From: Anaerolineales bacterium
Lineage (GTDB): Bacteria; Chloroflexota; Anaerolineae; Anaerolineales; Villigracilaceae
Length of the DNA stretch: 64,000 bases
NCBI GenBank assembly: GCA_030834895.1
Contig: JAUQXA010000004.1
Location: forward strand, 24,442 to 88,441
Direction of reading: 5' to 3'
Each line of letters starts with the position of its first letter. The first letter of the stretch is position 1. Shown in pieces: positions 57,430 to 64,000 of this stretch. The notes under the pieces are model-generated. The model was not told the origin of the DNA and did not search any database. It saw only the letters and a list, made by a program, of their open reading frames with translations. The translations under genes and the position numbers were made by a program.

Positions 57430-58935
57430 ATGAGTAAGCTCTCGCGCCTGACGCGTAACTCGCTGATCGTCGCGTTTTTCTTTTTGATAGACAAGGTGCT
57501 CGCCTTCGTCCGCACGGGGATCATCTCGCGCCAGTATTCGGACTCAGTGCATTTACTGGATACGTTCAATGCCGCGAACAACCTGCCCGACGTGCTCTTC
57601 GCTCTCATCTCAGGCGGCGCGCTGGCAATGGCGTTCATCCCACTGCTGACGGAATACCTGACCACCAAAGACCGCGCCGCCGCCTGGGATTTGTTTTCGC
57701 GTGTGGCGAACGTCGCCTTTTTGGTGACGGGTTCAATCGCGATTCTCATCGCCATCTTCGCCCAGCCGATTGTGGATGCAGAACTTGGCATCGCACCGGG
57801 CTTCGGTCAGGAGCAACGCACGCTGCTGGCTGAGTTGATGCGCCTGAATCTCGTCGGCACCGTCATCTTTTCCATCAGCGGATTGGTAATGGCATCCCTG
57901 CAAGCCAACCAACACTTCGTCTTCCCCGCAATGGCTCCGAGCATGTACAACATCGGGCAAATCTTTGGCGCAATCTTCCTCGTGCCGCGCTTCGGCATTC
58001 ACGGACTGGTGTACGGCGTCATCATCGGCGCGGCAATGCATCTGCTGATTCAAGTTCCGATGCTCTTCAAGTTTGGATTCCGCTGGACACCCTCGCTGGA
58101 TCTGCGCCACACAGGTTTGATCGAAGCCCTGAAATTGATGGCGCCCCGCCTGCTGACCATGGGCGGGATTCAAATCATCGTGCTGGCGCGTGACAATTTA
58201 GCCTCGCGGCTCGACCAGATTGGCGCGGTTACCTCGCTGACCTATGGTTGGATGATCATGCAGGTCCCCGAGACCATCCTCGGGACGGCAATTGCCACCG
58301 CCATGCTGCCCACACTTTCGGAACTTGCCGCGCGCGGCGACTGGCATGAATTCCGCTCGACGATCGAACGCGCATTGCGGGTTTTAATTTCACTGACAAT
58401 TCCAATTGCGGCGGTAATGGCGGCGGGAATCCATCCGCTGGTGCGCGGCGTCTTTGGCTTCGACGAAGCCACCTCCACGCTGGTCACATGGACCACCCGT
58501 GCCTACCTGCTGACTCTCACAGGCTACACCATCCACGAGATTGCAGCACGCTCCTTCTATGCCCGCAAGGAGCCGATGTACCCGCTCTATGCGGTTGGAT
58601 TGCGCCTCGTTCTATTTTTGGGAATCGGCATCATCGGGCTGACCTTCTTCAAGGAGATCGGCGCGCCGGTCATCGCCTTTGCGGAGATCGCGCTTCTCAT
58701 CGAAGCCATTGTCCTCTTCATCTGGCTCTCGAAGCGAACGCATGAACCCATTCAGGTTGGCGGGGCAGTGGCTAAAGGGTTGGCTGCCGCTGTCGTGGGA
58801 GGCGTATCAGCCTACGGGTTGGCTGTCTACCTGCCCGGCGGGGCAATCTCCACAGCGTTGATCGGCATGGTCGTCGGCGGAATCGTCGCCCTCGCCATCG
58901 TCTGGTCAGATGCGAAGCAACTATTGAAGCTGTAA
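57430..58935 (+). CDS. murJ: Lipid II flippase
   Basis: FNAANNLPD, GGAL..AFIP, RSFYA; ~14 TM. Confidence 0.92.
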   Translation: MSKLSRLTRNSLIVAFFFLIDKVLAFVRTGIISRQYSDSVHLLDTFNAANNLPDVLFALISGGALAMAFIPLLTEYLTTKDRAAAWDLFSRVANVAFLVTGSIAILIAIFAQPIVDAELGIAPGFGQEQRTLLAELMRLNLVGTVIFSISGLVMASLQANQHFVFPAMAPSMYNIGQIFGAIFLVPRFGIHGLVYGVIIGAAMHLLIQVPMLFKFGFRWTPSLDLRHTGLIEALKLMAPRLLTMGGIQIIVLARDNLASRLDQIGAVTSLTYGWMIMQVPETILGTAIATAMLPTLSELAARGDWHEFRSTIERALRVLISLTIPIAAVMAAGIHPLVRGVFGFDEATSTLVTWTTRAYLLTLTGYTIHEIAARSFYARKEPMYPLYAVGLRLVLFLGIGIIGLTFFKEIGAPVIAFAEIALLIEAIVLFIWLSKRTHEPIQVGGAVAKGLAAAVVGGVSAYGLAVYLPGGAISTALIGMVVGGIVALAIVWSDAKQLLKL

Positions 58936-58940
58936 TTTGA

Positions 58941-58994
58941 AGTGCGTCGCACCCGACTCGACAAGATTTATCCGCCCGTCAGGTGCGACGCACT
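58941..58994. repeat. REP-like hairpin
   Basis: AGTGCGTCGCACCCGAC...GTCAGGTGCGACGCACT. Confidence 0.65.
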
Positions 58995-59062
58995 CCGGCT
59001 TCAGTCTGAAATCAAAATAAGGAATTTTTTGGGGTATTTCAAACGGAAGTATAATAGCCGCC

Positions 59063-60136
59063 ATGTCTCAAGAAACTGAAACCACACAACCTCTTACGCC
59101 TCCCGAACCTCAATTGGACGATACTCAGCCGATCAAGCCTGTGAGGAAAAAGTCGCGCCGCTGGCTGTCCATTCTCATCGGCATTTTGGGATTCATCCTG
59201 CTGATCGGGGCGGGCGGATACGGCGGATACACTTCCGGCATTGGAATTCGCCTGACACAACAAGCCTCCAGCGTTCAACAACAGGTGGCGGAACAATTTC
59301 AATTCGCGCTCGTGGATATCGAGTTCAAGCGCTATGATGCCGCAATGCAGCGCCTGCAATACATCATCTCAAAGGACCCAACCTTTCCCGGCGCGCAGGA
59401 AAAGTTGACCGAAGTGCTGGTGATGAGTTCCATTCCCACCGCAACACCCGCTCCCACGATGACCTCCACACCCGATTTCAGCGGCGCGGAAAGCGCCTAC
59501 CAGCGCGCGCAGCAGTTGATCCAGGCGCAGGATTGGGCAAACGCATTGAGCGCCATCGACATCATCCGCAAGCTCGACCCAACCTACAAGACCGCGCAGG
59601 TGGATGGCATGTACTATTTCGCCCTGCGCAACCGTGGGAATGCTTTGATCACCCAGGAAGGCAACCTGGAAGGCGGCATCTATTACCTGACGCTGGCGGA
59701 ACGTTTCGGTCCGCTCGATAACACAGCCGTACAGTTACGCGAAGGCGCGCGCATGTACATCGTCGGCGCGAGTTTCTGGGAACTGGACTGGAAACAGGCA
59801 TACAATTATTTTAGCCAGGTCGGTGCAGGCTGGCCCGCAATGTGGGACGGAACCATGACCGGTTCGCAACGCCTGCAATACGCCGCCATGCGTTATGGCG
59901 ACGAACTTTTTGAAAACCAGGACTTCTGTGGGGCCTATGACTTGTATCAAACCGCCGGCGGACTTGGCAATTTGGATAATACCGCCTCTAGTAATTCCAA
60001 TAAGGCTTATCAGCAATGTTATCCGCCAACCGCGATTCCACCCACGGCTGAATCTGCCCCTGTTGTTCCGGTGGCTACCACGGAGGCCGCGCCAACTGAA
60101 GCGCCGACCGAAGTTCCAACTGTAGCAACTCCATGA
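59063..60136 (+). CDS. Membrane-anchored TPR-like protein
   Basis: Single TM, PT linkers, helical repeats. Confidence 0.75.
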   Translation: MSQETETTQPLTPPEPQLDDTQPIKPVRKKSRRWLSILIGILGFILLIGAGGYGGYTSGIGIRLTQQASSVQQQVAEQFQFALVDIEFKRYDAAMQRLQYIISKDPTFPGAQEKLTEVLVMSSIPTATPAPTMTSTPDFSGAESAYQRAQQLIQAQDWANALSAIDIIRKLDPTYKTAQVDGMYYFALRNRGNALITQEGNLEGGIYYLTLAERFGPLDNTAVQLREGARMYIVGASFWELDWKQAYNYFSQVGAGWPAMWDGTMTGSQRLQYAAMRYGDELFENQDFCGAYDLYQTAGGLGNLDNTASSNSNKAYQQCYPPTAIPPTAESAPVVPVATTEAAPTEAPTEVPTVATP

Positions 60137-60639
60137 CCATTCCCCCTGCCTGGGTGATGGCGCTGATCTACTGGCTGCACATGCTTGCAACCGTTACGTG
60201 GATCGGGAGCCTTGTCGCAATCAACCTGCTCGTCCTGCCCGCATCCGGCAAGACCTTGAAACTGGTTGACCAAATCAGTTTTATCTCCGCCCTGCAAAAG
60301 AGACTTGAGCCGCTCGCCTGGTTCAGCATGGGACTGCTGGTTGCGACGGGACTGTTCCAACTCAGCACGAACCCGCACTACGACGGGTTTCTGAATACCA
60401 GCACGCAATGGTCGCTGTCCATTCTGATCAAACACAGTTTAGCTGTTATTCTCGCAGTGACCAGTGCCATCCAAACCTGGGAAGTGCTGCCTGCCATTCA
60501 TCGCATCCTGCTGAAAAAGGAAACTGCGGACGAAGGCGAACTGGCAAAGCTGCAACGCCGTGAGTTGATTCTGCTGCGAGTGAATTTGTTCCTCTCCGCC
60601 TTGATTCTGGGGGCCACCGCTTTCGCCAGGGCATCGTAA
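60133..60639 (+). CDS. CopD/DUF4149-like 4-TM protein
   Basis: WLHMLA..TWIG, ATG, LIKH. Confidence 0.75.
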   Translation: MTIPPAWVMALIYWLHMLATVTWIGSLVAINLLVLPASGKTLKLVDQISFISALQKRLEPLAWFSMGLLVATGLFQLSTNPHYDGFLNTSTQWSLSILIKHSLAVILAVTSAIQTWEVLPAIHRILLKKETADEGELAKLQRRELILLRVNLFLSALILGATAFARAS

Positions 60640-60646
60640 GATTTTC

Positions 60647-60721
60647 ACCACCGAGCACACAGACGCTTCGCGCACAGAGAAATTTCTTAAAAAACTCCGT
60701 GGACTCTGTGTTCTCTGTGGT
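60647..60721. repeat. Solo sub-repeated palindromic element
   Basis: ACCACCGAGCACACAGAC..GCACAGAG...CTCCGTGGACTCTGTGTTCTCTGTGGT. Confidence 0.7.
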
Positions 60722-60739
60722 AAAGCGAACCAGCGGGGA

Positions 60740-62086
60740 CTACAACTTAATCAACTGTTTTGCCAGAACGCCCGTCAAATCATAGGTCATTGCGCCCGTG
60801 ATTCTGGCTGGGACAATCTCCCCCACTTTTGCCTTCCCTTCGATAAACACCATCCCGTCGATTTCGGGCGCATCACGATAGGAGCGACCAACCGACAGCC
60901 CATTATCGAATCCCTCCACGAGAACATCCAGCGTTTTGCCAACGTAGGACTGATTCACTTGCAGCGAAATATTCTGCTGGAGTTCCATCAGCCGCTCGTA
61001 GCGTTCCTGTTTGACCTCGGCGGAGATGGGGTCACCCAGCGGCGCGGACTTCGTCCCAAGCTCGAAGGAAAACTGGAAGGCGCCCACACGGTCAAAGCGG
61101 ATTTCGTTCACAAAGTCGTACAAGGCTTGATATTCCTCGTCCGTTTCGCCGGGGTAACCGACAATAAACGTTGTGCGAATGGATAAATCTGGCATCGCCG
61201 TCCGCATTTTGCCAAGCGTCTTGTACACCCAATCAATGTTCGACGGGCGCTTCATCCGCTTCAAAGTTTCGGGGTGCGCGTGTTGCAGGGGAATATCCAA
61301 ATACGGCAAAACCTGTTTGCGTGTCGCCATGACCTCGATCAGTCGGTCGGTGACGTAACCCGGGTACGCATACATGACGCGCATCCAATCCATCTCCGGC
61401 ACGGACTCGGTCAACTGCTCGAGCAAAACTGCCAGCCCATCCTTCATTCCCAAATCGTGACCGTAATCCGTCGTATCCTGCGCGATCAAGATCAGCTCGC
61501 GCACGCCTGAGTCGCGCAGAATCCGCGCTTCGTTGATGATCGATTCGATGGGACGTGAAACCGCCGTACCTTTAATCAACGGGATGGCACAAAACGCGCA
61601 AGGACGGCGACAGCCATCCGCAATTTTGACGTAGGCGCTTGCCCCCGCCACGCTGGCACGCAATGTTTCGTTTTCATCGGAACCAACGGTCGCGGCTTCG
61701 GGCAGGTGATACACAGGTTTGGGGTGCGTTCCAGCGCGGAGTTCACCCACCACCTGCAAAATATCCATCCAGCGCCGCGTGCCGAGAATCCCGTCCACGC
61801 CTGGCACTTTCTGCGCCACCTCCACTCCATAGCGTTGAGTCAGACATCCCGCCGCAATCAGCACCTGTCCCTTGCGCTTGCCCTGGGCAAGCTCCCCCAA
61901 CACCTGATACGACTCTTCCTTTGCAGGACCGATAAATCCGCATGTGTTGACGATCAACACCGACGCCTTATCGGGGTCATCCACCGCGCGATAGCCGTCA
62001 CGAAGGAGTAACTGCGCCATCGAGTCGGAGTCCACTGTGTTTTTTGCACAACCGAGGGAGACTAAATGAAATGTGTTTTTCTTCAA
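60740..62086 (-). CDS. rimO: Ribosomal protein S12 methylthiotransferase
   Basis: SLGCAKN, NTCGFI, CRRPCAFC, DAPEIDG (TRAM). Confidence 0.95.
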   Translation of the reverse strand: MKKNTFHLVSLGCAKNTVDSDSMAQLLLRDGYRAVDDPDKASVLIVNTCGFIGPAKEESYQVLGELAQGKRKGQVLIAAGCLTQRYGVEVAQKVPGVDGILGTRRWMDILQVVGELRAGTHPKPVYHLPEAATVGSDENETLRASVAGASAYVKIADGCRRPCAFCAIPLIKGTAVSRPIESIINEARILRDSGVRELILIAQDTTDYGHDLGMKDGLAVLLEQLTESVPEMDWMRVMYAYPGYVTDRLIEVMATRKQVLPYLDIPLQHAHPETLKRMKRPSNIDWVYKTLGKMRTAMPDLSIRTTFIVGYPGETDEEYQALYDFVNEIRFDRVGAFQFSFELGTKSAPLGDPISAEVKQERYERLMELQQNISLQVNQSYVGKTLDVLVEGFDNGLSVGRSYRDAPEIDGMVFIEGKAKVGEIVPARITGAMTYDLTGVLAKQLIKL

Positions 62087-62130
62087 GTTATTTTCCTATT
62101 TCTAAAAAACATTCTCGTTTTTTTGTTTTG

Positions 62131-62196
62131 AACCACGGAGACTCGGAAACACGGAGAAAATCATGTAAACCTCCGTGCCTTTGTATCTTGGTGGTT
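62131..62196. repeat. Solo sub-repeated palindromic element
   Basis: AACCACGGAGACTCGGAAACACGGAG...CTCCGTGCCTTTGTATCTTGGTGGTT. Confidence 0.7.
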
Positions 62197-62218
62197 GGCG
62201 AAATCCCTACTAAAAATA

Positions 62219-63871
62219 CTACGGCGCAACCGTCGCCTCGGGCGTCAGCGTAGGAGTAGGCGTCTCTGTTGGGGTGTCCGTCACTGGCAGCGTATTCGTC
62301 GGTGTCGGTGAGATGGTGGCGGTGGGCGTCGCAACCCCAGAGACCAAATACACACGGCTGACCACTTCACCTTCCGTGCCCATCAGACCGAGGTCGCGCC
62401 CGTTGTACGTGACTCTCAGCGCCGACGCATTGCCCGTCAGCACCAACACTTCGGTGTTTCCCTCGAACACCTTCGACTCGCCTGGAGCCATGCGTCCCTC
62501 GAAGACCTGTTCCCCATCCACCGAAACCCGCATAAAAGTCCGCTCGACGGCAAAGATATCAACTGTCACATTGGCGTTGAACGTCTGCGGCTCAGTCGTC
62601 CCCAAATCTGGGGTTGCAGTCACGTTTTCATCCACAGGGACAAAGGTCGCATCAAGCGATGGAGTCGGCAGCGGCACATTAACAAGCGCTTCCACAATCG
62701 AAGGCGCAGTGGGTTCGGTTTCCTCGCCCTGCGAGTTGACCACGCGTCCCACGCCCCAAATTGCCAGCGCTAACAAAATCGCGATGATCAACACGCCGAA
62801 AACCAGATCGCCCGCGATGAAGTTTCTCCACAGCGGGATCGAAGTCACCACCTCGGTCTGGATTTTCTCGCGCGGTGTCTCGGCATACTTTTCGTGTCGC
62901 CGCGCCTGTAACCCATCCGCAAACCGCAACAGGATTGCCTCGGTATCCAAATCGAGGAACGTCGCGTAATTCGCCAGCATCCCGCGCGTCTGCACGGGCG
63001 ACGGAAGTTTATCCAGCACGCCTTCCTCCAGCGCCTTCACGAACGCCGCGCGCAACTTCGTATGCCGCTCCACCTCGTCGAATGTCAGGCTGATCAACTC
63101 GCGGCGTTCGCGCAACTGTGTCCCGATCTCCGCAAAAATCATATCAGCCGGCTGCGACGGAACAAAGCGCGGAACCTCAGGCTCCACCACAGGCGGAAGT
63201 GCGGGAGCAGGTTGCGATTCTTTTTTCTTGAAAAAACCTCGAACGACTTTTCCAAGCCCACGACTTGATCCTGTTTCTGTCTCAACCTGCGCCTCAGGCT
63301 GACCTGACTCAACAAGCGGAGTCAACGCCTCAGCCTTTTCTTCCACCTGCAAAGGAGTTTCTTCTTCAAGGACTTTCTTTTTCTTCCGACCACGCTGCTT
63401 GGGCTGTTCTTCTTCAACTGGAGCTTGCACAACGATCACAGGTTCGGGCGTGACTTCGACTTCTGGCTCGCTCGGCGTGGATTCATCCGTCCGACCAAAT
63501 CCCAGCCATGAGGTCAGCGAAACGCGCAGCTTCCCCACCCACGAAAGACCCTCCTGCTGTTCCTCCGCCACCAAAGGCGGGAGTTCCGTCTCAGCTAGAT
63601 TCACCTGCGGCAGCGGACCACTGACCTCCTCCACCTTCGGCGCGTTGCGCTGGATTTCCGCAATCATCTCGTCGATGTTCAATTCGAGATATTCGGCATA
63701 GTTCCGTAAAAAGCCGCGCCCCTGCGCCGCCGACGGCATGGCGGAAAAATCGTCCGCTTCCAACGCCTCCAAAAACACCTTACGGATGCGCGTTGCCTCC
63801 GACGCTTTATCGAGCGTCAGGAAACGAGCTTTGCGCTCCTTCTTGAGTCGTTGTCCAATGGTTTCAGGCAT
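62219..63871 (-). CDS. rodZ: RodZ-like protein with two HTH domains, TM and DUF4115
   Basis: IGQRLK..RGFLRNYAEYL and IGTQLR..RGMLANYATFL; TM; TGNASAL; adjacent to rimO. Confidence 0.8.
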   Translation of the reverse strand: MPETIGQRLKKERKARFLTLDKASEATRIRKVFLEALEADDFSAMPSAAQGRGFLRNYAEYLELNIDEMIAEIQRNAPKVEEVSGPLPQVNLAETELPPLVAEEQQEGLSWVGKLRVSLTSWLGFGRTDESTPSEPEVEVTPEPVIVVQAPVEEEQPKQRGRKKKKVLEEETPLQVEEKAEALTPLVESGQPEAQVETETGSSRGLGKVVRGFFKKKESQPAPALPPVVEPEVPRFVPSQPADMIFAEIGTQLRERRELISLTFDEVERHTKLRAAFVKALEEGVLDKLPSPVQTRGMLANYATFLDLDTEAILLRFADGLQARRHEKYAETPREKIQTEVVTSIPLWRNFIAGDLVFGVLIIAILLALAIWGVGRVVNSQGEETEPTAPSIVEALVNVPLPTPSLDATFVPVDENVTATPDLGTTEPQTFNANVTVDIFAVERTFMRVSVDGEQVFEGRMAPGESKVFEGNTEVLVLTGNASALRVTYNGRDLGLMGTEGEVVSRVYLVSGVATPTATISPTPTNTLPVTDTPTETPTPTLTPEATVAP

Positions 63872-63916
63872 GGGGATATTGTACTCTGGAGTCCGACAGC
63901 TTGCTTTCGATTTTAG

Positions 63917-63951
63917 AAGACCCTAAAGGTATGGGAAACCTTTAGGGTCTT
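63917..63951. repeat. REP-like hairpin (same family as 35257-35292)
   Basis: AAGACCCTAAAGGT-ATGGGAA-ACCTTTAGGGTCTT. Confidence 0.7.
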
Positions 63952-64000
63952 GTCGTCAATGATTATTTTGCTGGATGCTTATTCGGCTGCGGGCGCCGTC

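Overview
Probably an Anaerolineae/Chloroflexota chromosome segment, inferred from core gene style, an AGAAC-N4-GTTCT LexA box and the REP-like repeat families. Bases 1 to ~34,600 are the right part of a genomic island whose right end looks like a duplicated tRNA-Ser 3' end (att, 34583-34598). The island contains: (i) a NUDIX gene pair and a decayed hsdM; (ii) a four-gene Qat-like operon (FokI-like nuclease, QatB-like, QueC-family QatC, degenerate PD-(D/E)XK protein) with no QatA or QatD; (iii) an IS5-family element; (iv) a ~17 kb co-oriented defence train (hsdR-hsdM-hsdS, ABC ATPase, HNH, Schlafen/AlbA-TM, TIR, DUF6361-like, PLD, membrane protein, two REase-fold proteins); and (v) a replication/partition backbone (excisionase, ParA plus tandem RHH with iterons, tyrosine recombinase, primase-helicase, iteron ori, HTH-nuclease). 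Bases ~34,600-64,000 are mostly core genome (two-component system, lon, folC, panE, murJ, rimO, rodZ). They also hold a cstA locus with two complementary-degenerate ArsA/Get3 ATPases and three small paralogues, a LexA-boxed membrane gene, a GxxExxY gene flanked by inverted repeats with architecturally similar solo elements, and REP-like repeats, two of them inserted in frame in folC. All family calls come from motif recognition by eye; no searches were run.
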